From an uncultured Rhodobacterales bacterium (GTDB taxonomy: Bacteria > Pseudomonadota > Alphaproteobacteria > Rhodobacterales > Rhodobacteraceae), in the NCBI GenBank assembly GCA_964476315.1, contig CAYZAD010000002.1, forward strand, positions 1 through 56,135: 56,135 nucleotides of DNA. Reading direction: 5' to 3'. The first letter of the stretch is position 1. Every line of letters starts with the position of its first letter. The position numbers and the translations under genes are program-made. Below the pieces are notes generated by a model that was not told the DNA's origin, made no database searches, and was given only the letters and a program-made list of their open reading frames with translations. Shown piece by piece: positions 1-9,854 of this stretch.

Positions 1-180
1 CTGCGCAGGCTCTACGACGTGGCCCATGAGCGGTTCACCATCGTCGCCAAGGCGCTGCCGACGCTGCAGAACCCGCATGGCTGGCTGGAGCGCGGCAGCA
101 TTGATCAGGAGATCCGCGAGGCCGATGACCGGCGCAAAGCGGAAGGGCGTGAGAGCCGGAGTTTCGGCACGCCGCTCTGA
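1..180 (+). CDS. 3' end of an unidentified CDS (partial)
   Basis: Frame 1 is open from base 1 to TGA at 178-180 (LRRLYDVAHERFTIVAKALPTLQNPHGWLERG...GTPL*) with GC3-rich codons; no recognisable motif. Confidence 0.55.
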   Translation: MRRLYDVAHERFTIVAKALPTLQNPHGWLERGSIDQEIREADDRRKAEGRESRSFGTPL

Positions 181-524
181 AGTCTGATGTCAACCATGCC
201 GCGCGGCTTTCCCTTGGCTCGCGTTGATGTGGATGTCCCCGGAAAGAAAAGGCTTGGTGTCGGAGGTCGCCTCGCGTTGCCCCAAGCGTTCAGAGCGGTG
301 TCGGCTTCCTAGGTCTTCACTTCACCGCTTCCGATGTGAAAACAGTGGCTGGCGCTCTTGCCTGTATCGACCGAAGCGAGGATGTTTTCCGCATCGTGCC
401 GGACCGGACATGCGACCGGAAGGTCTGACCTGTTCTGCATCTTTCCCGCTGGTGTCACGTCTGATCGTTCGGTGCCACCACAAAGCGCAGGGACTGCCCT
501 AATGACAGGGCAGCCCGAGGTCGC

Positions 525-1526
525 TTAGGTCTTGTTGAGACGGTATTCCGCCAGGAACACGGCGAGGATCAGCAGCGTCCCCTTGGCGAGCATCTGGTAA
601 AAGGTCGGCACGGCTGTCAGGATCATGCCGTTGTTGAGCACGCCGATGATGGCGACCCCCAAGAGCGCGCCAACGACCGTGCCGCGCCCGCCCTGCATGG
701 CACATCCTCCTAAGAAGGCCGCGGTGATCGCTTCAAGCTCCAGCCCGTCGGAGCCCGAGATCGGCTGACCGGAACCTGTGCGGGCCGCCAGAAGCACCCC
801 TGCGACACCGGCCATCACGCCAGAGATGATATAGATGCCAACCCGGTACCGGGGAATGTTCAGACCCGACAGACGCGCCACGATGGGATTGCCGCCGATC
901 GCATAGTAATTCCGGCCAACGATGCTCTTGTGCATGAAAATATAGAAGCCGACGGCCACGGCGATCAAAATCCAGATCGGGATCGGAAGGCCAAGCAGGC
1001 GACCGGTGCCGATGTAGCGGAAGCTGTCTTCGAAGATCGAGATGGATTGACCGTTGGAAAGAATGAACGCAACGCCGCGAAAGATCGCCATTGTGCCAAG
1101 CGTGACGATCACGGCGTTGATCCGTCCGTAGGTTATCAAGACACCGTTGACCAACCCGGCAAGGGCACCCACCGCCAGAGCGGTGATGATCCCCACGCCT
1201 GTCAGACCTGTCGACTGGATCGCCATCGCCGTCACGACGGTGGTCAGCCCAACAATGGAGCCGACCGAGATGTCGAGACCACCAGAGACGATGACACCGG
1301 TTTGCGAAATCGCCAGTACGCCGAGGATCGCCACGCCCATGCCGATGTTCAGCAAGTTGCGGGTCGAAAAGAAGACGTCTCCGCGCAGCGTTCCAAAGAT
1401 GGCGAGCAAGGCGAAGAGGGCAACCAGAAGACTGATATTGTGGATGCCGACACGCTCGATGATGCGATGCATCGCAGAGGCGCCGTTGGCTGCGTTATTG
1501 GTGTTGGTTGAGGTTGTCATTGTCAT
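525..1526 (-). CDS. Sugar ABC transporter permease (RbsC/AraH family)
   Basis: Hydrophobic; GGLDISVGS, GRNYYAIGGNP..ARLSG and LEAITAAFLGG motifs; last gene of the ABC operon. Confidence 0.93.
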   Translation of the reverse strand: MTMTTSTNTNNAANGASAMHRIIERVGIHNISLLVALFALLAIFGTLRGDVFFSTRNLLNIGMGVAILGVLAISQTGVIVSGGLDISVGSIVGLTTVVTAMAIQSTGLTGVGIITALAVGALAGLVNGVLITYGRINAVIVTLGTMAIFRGVAFILSNGQSISIFEDSFRYIGTGRLLGLPIPIWILIAVAVGFYIFMHKSIVGRNYYAIGGNPIVARLSGLNIPRYRVGIYIISGVMAGVAGVLLAARTGSGQPISGSDGLELEAITAAFLGGCAMQGGRGTVVGALLGVAIIGVLNNGMILTAVPTFYQMLAKGTLLILAVFLAEYRLNKT

Positions 1527-1546
1527 GATTCCGTTCTCGCTTGCGT

Positions 1547-3055
1547 CTAGGCTGCGGCGCTTCCCTGGGGGATTGCGGCTTGCATGATTGCGGCTTCGCT
1601 TGCCTCTTCACGGGAAAATTCGGCGCGGATGCGTCCGTCCGCCATCACCAGAATGCGATTTGACAGCCCAAGAAGTTCGGGCATTTCCGATGAGATGACG
1701 ATGACGCCCAATCCTTCCTGATCGGTCAGGGTTCGGATCAGGTCGTAAATCTCGGACCGCGCACCAACGTCGATGCCGCGCGTTGGCTCATCCAGGATCA
1801 GGACCTTGAGATCGCAGGCCAGCCAGCGGGTCAGCACGACCTTTTGCTGGTTTCCCCCCGAAAGCGACGTCACTGGCGCATCAAGCGACGACGCCTTCAA
1901 CCGCATCTTGCCGGAAATCCTCGATATCAGATCAAAGGCTTTGCGTCGGTCATAGAACCCACCGCTCGACACCTTCTCGGGAACGCAAAGCACGGCGTTC
2001 TCGAGGATCGTCTGCATCAGGAGCAGCGCCTCCTCCTTGCGATCTTCGGGGGCAAAGCCGATCCCCGCTGCAATGGCAGCAGACGTATCGCCCGAGGGCA
2101 GTTCTTTTCCGCTGACTTTGACGGATCCCTGAAGCCGCCGATGAAAGCCGAAGATGCCTTTGGCGAGTTCGGATCGACCAGCACCGATCAGGCCTCCGAT
2201 TCCCAAGACCTCTCCTGCGCGCAGTTTCAGAGAGATATCGTGGACGTACTCCGTGCTCATCCCTTCAACATCAAGGACGACGTCGCCCTCGCTTGCCTTG
2301 CGGTCTGGGAACATTTCGGACAGGGCGCGCCCGACCATGAGATGCGTGATCTGTGCCTCGGTCACGCCAGCAGCGGGCAGATCGTCCACAAGCAACCCGT
2401 CGCGCAGGACAACAACGCGGTCGGCAAGTGCGGTGATTTCGGGCAGGCGATGTGAAATGTAGATGACGGCAACGCCCTGAGTGCGCAGATCTTCGATGAT
2501 CGCGAAAAGGCGCTGCGTTTCTTCATCGGTCAGCGATGAGGTCGGCTCATCAAAGGCGACCAGACGTCCCCCAGCCTGCACCGCGCGAATGATTTCGATC
2601 ATCTGGCGTTGGGCGGGGCCAAGACCGCTGCACATCTGGCGTGGATGCAATTCGCGTTCGATGCCAAACCTTTTGAGAAGCGCTGCCGTCTCGCGCAGCA
2701 GTCTGGGCCAGTCAAGGAAATAGCGGGCCTTGCGGGGCAAGTTGCCCGCAAAGATGTTCTCGGCCACGGTCAGGTCCGGGACAATCTCGGGTTCCTGATG
2801 GATGACCCGAATACCAGCCTGATGCGCCTCAAGCGGCTGCGAAAAGCTGACGGGCTGGCCATTGACGAGAATCTCGCCGCGTGTCGGCGGAAAGACACCT
2901 TCCAGCAATCGCATCAAGGTGGATTTTCCGGCGCCGTTCTCGCCAACTAGAGCCAGAACTTCGCCAGGGTGCACATCAAAGGAGATGTCTGTCAGCGCTT
3001 TGACTGGTCCGAAATGCTTGGTGAGACCGCGTGTGCTTACGAATGGGTCCATCAT
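1547..3055 (-). CDS. Sugar ABC transporter ATP-binding protein, two NBDs (RbsA/AraG family)
   Basis: Walker A GENGAGKST, DEPTSSL, LSGGNQQKV, DEPTRGIDVGA. Confidence 0.95.
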   Translation of the reverse strand: MMDPFVSTRGLTKHFGPVKALTDISFDVHPGEVLALVGENGAGKSTLMRLLEGVFPPTRGEILVNGQPVSFSQPLEAHQAGIRVIHQEPEIVPDLTVAENIFAGNLPRKARYFLDWPRLLRETAALLKRFGIERELHPRQMCSGLGPAQRQMIEIIRAVQAGGRLVAFDEPTSSLTDEETQRLFAIIEDLRTQGVAVIYISHRLPEITALADRVVVLRDGLLVDDLPAAGVTEAQITHLMVGRALSEMFPDRKASEGDVVLDVEGMSTEYVHDISLKLRAGEVLGIGGLIGAGRSELAKGIFGFHRRLQGSVKVSGKELPSGDTSAAIAAGIGFAPEDRKEEALLLMQTILENAVLCVPEKVSSGGFYDRRKAFDLISRISGKMRLKASSLDAPVTSLSGGNQQKVVLTRWLACDLKVLILDEPTRGIDVGARSEIYDLIRTLTDQEGLGVIVISSEMPELLGLSNRILVMADGRIRAEFSREEASEAAIMQAAIPQGSAAA

Positions 3056-3089
3056 CGAGATGCCTCGAGCGTCAGAGTGTTTTTGAAGT

Positions 3090-3116
3090 GAGCGGGCGAG
3101 GGAGAGTCGCCCGCTC
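3090..3116 (-). promoter_or_regulatory. GC-rich stem-loop just after the solute-binding protein gene (likely mRNA-stabilising or attenuating hairpin)
   Basis: GAGCGGGCGA (3090-3099) pairs with TCGCCCGCTC (3107-3116); no U-tract on the minus strand; typical position in ABC operons. Confidence 0.6.
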
Positions 3117-3124
3117 GCACCGCG

Positions 3125-4093
3125 TCAGCCGCTGCAAAGCCGGTCGCGGTAATCGCCGAAGTTGGCGAATGTGATGAAGTCAGGATCGGAATAGGTTGCT
3201 TCGGGCAGCGGCGTTCCGTCCTTGATCGAGGCCAAAAGCAGATTGACGGCGTCGCGACCGTGGTTCGCCGAATTCAGCCACATGGTGCCCTTGTAGGCGG
3301 ATTCCCGGCCGTTCCCGAATGCGTCGCAGGCGCGGCTGCCGTCAATGCCGATGCCGATGCCGCTTTCCGCCGGGTAGCCCGAGTTTTCCATGGCACGCGC
3401 AGCGCCAAGGACGCCGTCGTCGTTGCACGCGTAGAATATCCAGTTGTCGTATTGCGGATTGGCGGTCAGGGTTGTCGTCATCACGTCGATGGCGTTGACC
3501 ATCGTGTTGTCATAGGCGGCCCGTACAATCTGATCTTCGGTCAGATCGGAATTCGCCAGTAGCGCCTTCTCGGCACCGCCATTGCGCTGCATGCAGGTGT
3601 CGGCCTTGCGATCTTCGATCGACACGATACCGACAGTGCTGGCGTCCCAACCGGCCTCTTTGTAGAACGCGGCCAGTTCTTCGCCCACGCGTTCGCCGAT
3701 TGCAAAGGCGTTCAGGCCCACGTACGGCACAGGGTTGCCATTGTCGTCGACGATGTCATCGTCCACGGCGATAAGCGGAATGCCGGCTTCGGCTGCACGA
3801 GCGGCAACAATCGGCCCAAGCGCACGGTCGGGCACGACGATTGCAATCCCATCGACACCATCGCCGATCATCGTGTCGAGCGTCGTGATTGTCAGATCCG
3901 CGTTGAATTGCACGTCCTGGCTGATGAATTCGGCACCGCCCGCTTCGGCGGCCGCTTTGGCGCCAGCCACTTCGGCCACGAACCAGGGGTGATCGCCCAT
4001 CTTGTTGATATAGCCGATCCGGACGTCCTCTGCCTGCGCAGCAAGTGGTGCGAGCAGGACGGCAGTCAGCGCCGTCATCATTCTGAATTTCAT
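3125..4093 (-). CDS. Periplasmic sugar-binding protein (AraF/arabinose-galactose-binding-like)
   Basis: Signal peptide ending AQA-E; GYINKMGDHPWF, IPLIAVDD and CNDDGVLGA motifs; GGAGG RBS upstream. Confidence 0.88.
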   Translation of the reverse strand: MKFRMMTALTAVLLAPLAAQAEDVRIGYINKMGDHPWFVAEVAGAKAAAEAGGAEFISQDVQFNADLTITTLDTMIGDGVDGIAIVVPDRALGPIVAARAAEAGIPLIAVDDDIVDDNGNPVPYVGLNAFAIGERVGEELAAFYKEAGWDASTVGIVSIEDRKADTCMQRNGGAEKALLANSDLTEDQIVRAAYDNTMVNAIDVMTTTLTANPQYDNWIFYACNDDGVLGAARAMENSGYPAESGIGIGIDGSRACDAFGNGRESAYKGTMWLNSANHGRDAVNLLLASIKDGTPLPEATYSDPDFITFANFGDYRDRLCSG

Positions 4094-4126
4094 GTCTATC
4101 CTCCCTCTTTGGGTTTTTGGTGGTTG

Positions 4127-4897
4127 CTAATCGTGAAACAGGGCCGAGCGGCCACCGTCGATGATGATCGTCTCGGCATTGATGAAAGGGGCCTCGTCTG
4201 AGCCGAGGAACACCGCCGTCATGGCGATTTCCTCCGGTCGGCCGATGCGCCCGGGGGGGTGAAGCTGTTCGGCCTTGCGCCGCTCAGCTGCAGGGTCGGG
4301 AAAACCGTTCCAATAGGTCTGGGCGATTTCCGTGTCGACATAACCGGGCGCAATCGCATTCACCCGGATCCCCTCTGCGGCGTACTCGATCCCGAGTGCA
4401 CGCGTCATGCCGATGAGCCCGTGCTTGGCGACTGGATAGGGAAAGGTGTGCGGGATGATCTTGAAGCCATGCGTGCTGGCAATGTTCACGATCGCCCCGG
4501 CCTGTTGCTGGCGCATGCTGGGCAACACAGCCTCGATCATGGCCCAGCAGGCCTCAAGATCCAGTGCCATGCACCGTGCCCATTCCGACCTCGGCATTTC
4601 ATGGGGTCGATAAAAGACATTGGCTCCGGCGTTATTCACAAGAATGTCGATGCGACCGAAGCTGTCCAGCGCCTGTTTGATACAGTCGTCAATGTCCGCT
4701 TGCTTGGTGACATCCGTTGCCACGAAGAGCCCACCGATCTCTTCGGCAACGGCCTGCCCGGTCTCAGTTCGCATTTCGGCAATGACAACCTGTGCGCCTG
4801 CAGCGGCATAGGCCCGCGCGATGGCGGCCCCGATCCCTTGACCTGCACCGGTGACGATGGCCACCTTGTCCTGAAGCCTCCCGCTCATGACACTCAC
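4127..4897 (-). CDS. SDR-family oxidoreductase (probable aldose 1-dehydrogenase)
   Basis: TGAGQGIG, NNAG, YPVAK catalytic motif, IRVNAIAPG; start may be the ATG at 4888. Confidence 0.9.
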   Translation of the reverse strand: MSVMSGRLQDKVAIVTGAGQGIGAAIARAYAAAGAQVVIAEMRTETGQAVAEEIGGLFVATDVTKQADIDDCIKQALDSFGRIDILVNNAGANVFYRPHEMPRSEWARCMALDLEACWAMIEAVLPSMRQQQAGAIVNIASTHGFKIIPHTFPYPVAKHGLIGMTRALGIEYAAEGIRVNAIAPGYVDTEIAQTYWNGFPDPAAERRKAEQLHPPGRIGRPEEIAMTAVFLGSDEAPFINAETIIIDGGRSALFHD

Positions 4898-6067
4898 CAG
4901 TCAACGATTGTGCCGTCGTTCAGAACAGCATTTCGGGCATGCAGGACTTCCTGCTTGAACGGGTGGCGGGCGATTTCGTCTTCATTGACCTCCAGGCCGA
5001 GGCCGGGTTTTTCCGGCAAATCCCAGCGGCCAGGCCGCCGGTCGATTGGCCAGGTGATGACATCATCATACCAAGGAACTGCACCAACCATCTCTTCCTG
5101 AATCATGTGATTGGGGGTCGAGATGCCGAAGTGGAGTGCAGCAATGCCTGCGATGGGACCAAGCGGATTATGTGGGGCAACGCCGACGCCAGCGGTTTCA
5201 CACAGCGAGGCGATTTTCTTGGCTTCCCACAGACCTCCGACATGACAGATATCGGGTTGTGCGATCTGGAAAGCCCCCGCCTTGAGGGCGGCGTCAAAAC
5301 TGTTGCGGCCCGTTAGTCGTTCCCCTGCCGCGATGGTCACGGGCGACGTCCGTGTCAGTTCGGCCAGACCCGCCATGTTTTCGGGCGGCACGGGCTCTTC
5401 GGCGAAGAGCGGGCGTGCCGGGGCGATGGCATTCAGAAACTCTCGGGCAAGTGCGGCAGAGGCGGGGCGACCGTGGAAATCGATCATGATGTCGACGTCA
5501 TTGCCAAGCGCAGAACGCAAGGCGTCCATGGATTCGCCTACCTTGTCGATGGCGCGGATGGGGGCGCTATAGGCTGCATATGGGATCGACACGACCTTTA
5601 CGGCGTCATAACCGGCCTGCACGACGGCACGTCCCCTCGCGACCAGTTCATCGGTGCTTTCGGTTTCGTACACGGACTGCATCTGGCCCATGCCCAGATG
5701 GGTATAGGTGCGCAGGTAATCGCGGCACTTGCCCCCCCAAAAGGCGCCAGACCGGCGTGTCCAGAGACTTGCCCAGGATGTCCCACAGGGCGATCTCGAT
5801 CCCGCTAATCGCGGACATGCCGATGATACCCATGCGCCAGAATCCGTGGCGCATCATGATTTGATAGCACTGTTCGATGTCGCGGGGATCCTGGCCCAGA
5901 AGAAGCGGCTCAAGGTCTTCTATCGCGCCGCGCACCGCGCGGGTCTTCCATTCAAGCGTGGCTTCGCCCCATCCGACCAGCCCGGGTACATCGGTTTCGA
6001 TGCGCACAAAGACCCAGTTTCGCATTTCGGCATTGCATACGATGCTTTTTATGCCCGTGATTTTCAT
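4894..6067 (-). pseudogene. dgoD: Galactonate dehydratase-like enolase-superfamily gene interrupted by a +1 frameshift (real or sequencing artefact)
   Basis: N-terminal half MKITGIK..NWVFVRIETD..GWGEATLE..SGIEIALWDILGK..PVWRLLGG (ATG 6067) and C-terminal half (DFHGRP, EEP, AGER, QPDICHVGG, APHNPLGP) are in different frames; removing one base from the C7 run at 5732-5738 restores LLGGKCRDYLRTYTHLGMG. Confidence 0.85.
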
Positions 6068-6864
6068 GGGGTGCCCCCTTGGCCGCGTGCTGTCGCGGCG
6101 GACAGAACACCTTCCGCAAGAGCGGCATCCATGTCGCTGCGCGCCAGTGCAATCAGGGCCCGCATACCAGCCTCTGCCGCGTCCGGGCGCCGCATCTGGA
6201 TGGCCTCCATGACGACACGGTGCATCTCGATGGCCTGTTCGAAGGACTGGCTGGCGCGGTTGGTCTTGCGAAAGCTCGTCAGAAGGGCGGCGCGGATCGC
6301 GGTGCCCAGTTGCGCAAAGACCCAATTGCCGCTGGCGTTGAGAATGGCCGTGTGAAAGTCGAGGTCAGAGGCGCTCCAGTCACTGTTTTCACGCCCCCCG
6401 GCAACGGCCATGGCATCGAAGGCTTCGGCAATGCGTAACAGGTCGCTGGTCTTGCCGCGTTCGGCAGCAAGACGCGCAGCGGCAGGTTCCAGCAACTCGC
6501 GCGCTTCCAGCAATGCCAGGTAGAAGGACACGTCTTGTGTCCCGCTGAGCGCGGTTTCCAGCACGATTGGATCAAGCATGTTCCAAACGGCTTTCGGCTG
6601 GACGACCGTTCCGGCGCGGGGGCGGGACCGGATCAGCCCCTGAGCGTTCATGTACTGCATGGTCTCGCGCAAGGTGGTGCGGCTGACCTCGAACCGGTCG
6701 AGCAGTTCGGCCTCCGGAGGCAGTGTCGACCCCTCACCAAATTCGCCGGATACAACCGCAAGAACGAATTCCTGAAGACAGCCAGACATCTTCTTGCCTG
6801 TCTTGCCTTCCGTGTTTGGCGCGAGCTGGCCGCGAGCCCTGTCTGTGTCTTTCAGATCTGCCAT
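6064..6864 (-). CDS. FadR/GntR-family transcriptional regulator (DgoR-like)
   Basis: wHTH LPPEAELLDRFEVSRTTLRE, FCD domain DLDFHTAIL..SGN, HRVVMEAI; ATGA overlap with the dehydratase start. Confidence 0.92.
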   Translation of the reverse strand: MADLKDTDRARGQLAPNTEGKTGKKMSGCLQEFVLAVVSGEFGEGSTLPPEAELLDRFEVSRTTLRETMQYMNAQGLIRSRPRAGTVVQPKAVWNMLDPIVLETALSGTQDVSFYLALLEARELLEPAAARLAAERGKTSDLLRIAEAFDAMAVAGGRENSDWSASDLDFHTAILNASGNWVFAQLGTAIRAALLTSFRKTNRASQSFEQAIEMHRVVMEAIQMRRPDAAEAGMRALIALARSDMDAALAEGVLSAATARGQGGTP

Positions 6865-6879
6865 CGTGTCCTCCGTTGT

Positions 6880-6975
6880 TCAAAATAAATATTATTTTTT
6901 AGAAGTAAGATAGTATTTTTTATAACAATAGTAATATTTAGACTTAAGCATCTGATTTATAATAGTAAAACATCA
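6880..6975. promoter_or_regulatory. AT-rich promoter/operator region upstream of the GntR gene
   Basis: Very AT-rich; inverted repeat AAAATAA-ATA-TTATTTT at 6882-6898 and a repeated ATAGTA element. Confidence 0.5.
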
Positions 6976-7784
6976 CATCCTTGATGCGCTTGAACGAGGA
7001 GGTTGAGATGGAAACCTGTCGTAACTCGCATATTTGTCATCCGGAGACATGGCGCCCGGGTCTTTGTCATGGGGGGCGTGATTCCCGGAAACCGTTTTGA
7101 AATGCACGCGAGTGCAGAGGGCCAGCTGGCTTTTCCGGTTTGCCCCATGGACCTGACGGTACAAGTTTCGCCAGCGCGGTCAGGTCGGATGTGGTGTGGC
7201 TGTAAGCGGCCAAGATGCTTCTGCGCCTGCCAGGTTGCGAGATCGATGCGACGGTGACCTACAGTTTTTGCAAGGCATTCGAGGGTGGCAGGATCCCAGC
7301 AGAGCCGCATCGTCCCAAGACGATCAGTAGGATGTCACGCAGAACGTCTCGCGGCCCGGAAAGCCAACCGGCAACACCTCACAGGAAGCCAGACCGCACA
7401 GCGCAATCTGCAACACGCTCCCAACCGCACGCATGAAATCGCGGCGCAACCAGACCGTTTGTGTGATCAAAGGTCAAAAATCCACTCCTGCGTTGGGGAC
7501 ACTTTCGGGCGCACAGGACGGAGGCGAAATTGAACCGGTCAAGAAGAACGGGCATCCCGTGGTGTGCATGTCTCCGACAAAAGGATGCGGTGACATGCAA
7601 CGTCTCAGTGCGGAGAGGCCTTGTCACGCTTTAGAATAACAAACTGATGCTTTCCTGACATGACGCGAGGGTGGCTGTGGGCCATTTCATGTATCGGAAC
7701 TGTTTCGACCAGCTAAGCGAAGATCGCGGTGTTGCAGCATTCCTTTGCGGCCAATGGTTTGCTACATGAACGGCACACTGCCGA

Positions 7785-8735
7785 ATGTTGATGGAGGTTG
7801 GCTTGCCCGATAACGTGACCCGCCGTTGGAGCCGTTTTGTGGCGATTGGCGAATGTATGGTCGAGATGGCACCACGCACCGATGGCGGCTATGCGATGGG
7901 TTTTGCAGGAGACACGTTCAACACCGCTTGGTATCTGCGCCGCCTGAACGCGCCTGAGGTTGCGGTAGACTATCTGACGGCTGTCGGCAGCGATGCCATT
8001 TCAGACCGGATGCTGCAATTCATGGCAGATGCCGGAATCGGAACAAGCCTTGCCGCGCGCCTTTCGCAGGAAACGGTAGGGCTTTATCTTGTCACGCTCG
8101 ACAAGGCAGAGCGCAGCTTCACCTATTGGCGGGATACGTCGGCCGCTCGCCGCCTTGCCGAGAATCTCGATGTCTTGGAGACGCTTGGAGACGGTTCTTT
8201 GATCTACTTTTCGGGGATCACCATGGCAATTCTGGATGAAGAGGGCCGTGCGCAGGTGCTGTCGTCGCTTGCCGGTGCGCGTGCTGCCGGTGCAACGGTG
8301 GCTTTTGACCCGAATATCCGCCCGCGTCTGTGGGAAGACACCACGCGCATGTGTCACTGGATCGAAAGCGCGGCGGGTCATGCCGATTACGTATTTCCCT
8401 CTGCAGATGACGAGATTGCGGCGTTCGGGGACACAAGCACACGTGCGACGGCGGAGCGGTATCTTGGCCGTGGCGCGGGCATGGTCATTGCAAAAGATGG
8501 GCCGCGTCCGGTTTTGGTCCTTGGATCATCGGGGGAAGAGGCGCAGGCCATGCCGCAGATGGTCAGCGCCGTAGATACCACGGCGGCGGGCGATGCTTTC
8601 AATGCAGGATTTCTTGCAGCCCTGAACGTCAGTGCCGATCTTGAGGCCGCGGCCAAAGCGGGGTGCCGTCTTGCTGCGCATGTCGTTCAGGGGCGCGGGG
8701 CGCTGGTGGAGCCAATCGACGATCCGGCAGCGTGA
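7785..8735 (+). CDS. kdgK: PfkB-family sugar kinase, 2-keto-3-deoxygluconate kinase-like
   Basis: IGECMVE, GDTFNTAWYL, FDPNIRPRLW, VDTTAAGDAFNAGF; true start possibly the GTG at 7816 region or a little downstream. Confidence 0.85.
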   Translation: MLMEVGLPDNVTRRWSRFVAIGECMVEMAPRTDGGYAMGFAGDTFNTAWYLRRLNAPEVAVDYLTAVGSDAISDRMLQFMADAGIGTSLAARLSQETVGLYLVTLDKAERSFTYWRDTSAARRLAENLDVLETLGDGSLIYFSGITMAILDEEGRAQVLSSLAGARAAGATVAFDPNIRPRLWEDTTRMCHWIESAAGHADYVFPSADDEIAAFGDTSTRATAERYLGRGAGMVIAKDGPRPVLVLGSSGEEAQAMPQMVSAVDTTAAGDAFNAGFLAALNVSADLEAAAKAGCRLAAHVVQGRGALVEPIDDPAA

Positions 8736-8883
8736 TACGCAGCGTCAACAATGCGCGGCAGCATCCAGCGCGCTTGCTGCACGATAACAAACGTCCGGTG
8801 GCCAAAATTCATGTGTCCTGACCGGAAACCTGCCGCAGCCGGTCTTTAAGGCTTGAGGCCATGGCGCCAGGGGCCATAGAAGA

Positions 8884-9159
8884 ATGGGTATGGACACCTT
8901 CGGAACCCCGAAAGCGAATACGGCACTGGAACTTGTGCCCGGCAAGAAGGGTGCAAAGATATGCGGACCGGACGGGGCGGTCCACTACCTGAACCAGACA
9001 GCGGCAGCGGTTTGGCTGCTTGCAGATGGAACCCGCGACGTCGATGCCATTGCGCGTCAGATCGCAGGGTTGTTCGGGCTGGATGACCCGCCGACGCAGG
9101 ATGTGCGCGAGGCGCTTGGCGCTCTGATGGAGAAGGGCCTTCTTCAGGCGGGTGGGTAG
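8884..9159 (+). CDS. Stand-alone PqqD-family protein (RiPP recognition element)
   Basis: About 90 aa with the PqqD/RRE signature VHYLNQTAAAVWLLADGTRDVDAIARQIAGLF...DVREALGALMEKGLL; no pqqABCE genes nearby. Confidence 0.88.
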   Translation: MGMDTFGTPKANTALELVPGKKGAKICGPDGAVHYLNQTAAAVWLLADGTRDVDAIARQIAGLFGLDDPPTQDVREALGALMEKGLLQAGG

Positions 9160-9794
9160 AGGAATTCGAAACAGTCGTAGCGACCGGCTGGATCGGTGTG
9201 GTCTTTCGGCAATCTGGGGATGCGCCAGTCGCGGCCAATGCACTGGTCCAGCATCTGTTCTGCGTGTCTTGGAACGCAAAAGGGCACGCCGCGCAGGGTT
9301 GCCGTTCTGAACGGTTTGATTGCCCGGGAACTCAGGGTGCCCGGCAAGGTCGGGTAGCCGTAAAATCGTCCGTGTCGGACGAAACTGGTAAACACTTCGA
9401 TCCCATGGTCATAACCGCCTGCGGGTGATCGTTCGGCACATAGCATGAACCGGCCCGGAGAAGCGCCTTTCATGATCAGATTGAACGCTGCGAAATGATC
9501 GAAGATCTTTTTTCTTTCCCTGAGAACACCGGCTGCAGATCGCGCGCGGCTGACATAGGATATGTCGATATCAAAATCATGCGGGATCAGATCGCCTTCG
9601 CGCATCGCACCCAAGAGGGTGCCCCATGTCAGGAAGACCTGAAGATCGAATTCGACCTGAAAGATCACTTCGACCGATTTCAATGAATGCACAAGGCGAT
9701 CAAGATAGTCATCCGGGTAGTCCATGAACCATTTGGACGGTCGGCCGTAATGGTCGGTCCGCTTGGGGTTGTTCGCATAGAGGTCGGTCGACAT
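9144..9794 (-). CDS. LicD/fukutin-family nucleotidyltransferase-fold phosphotransferase
   Basis: FLTWGTLLGAMREGDLIPHDFDIDI signature plus C-terminal VPRHAEQMLDQCIGRDWRIP typical of the LicD family. Confidence 0.85.
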   Translation of the reverse strand: MSTDLYANNPKRTDHYGRPSKWFMDYPDDYLDRLVHSLKSVEVIFQVEFDLQVFLTWGTLLGAMREGDLIPHDFDIDISYVSRARSAAGVLRERKKIFDHFAAFNLIMKGASPGRFMLCAERSPAGGYDHGIEVFTSFVRHGRFYGYPTLPGTLSSRAIKPFRTATLRGVPFCVPRHAEQMLDQCIGRDWRIPRLPKDHTDPAGRYDCFEFLYPPA

Positions 9795-9854
9795 ATTTTG
9801 GACGCTATCATTTTTCGGCGCTTCTGCTAGGCTTCATATCGACAAGGAGGCTCA

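Noticed and set aside
5648-6325. 225-aa ORF as an independent gene
   Set aside because: Only 6067 to about 5735 is meaningful (N-terminal half of the frameshifted dehydratase); the rest overlaps the GntR gene out of frame
8884-9159. PQQ biosynthesis operon
   Set aside because: Only the PqqD-like domain is present; no pqqA/B/C/E in the window, so it was treated as a generic RRE
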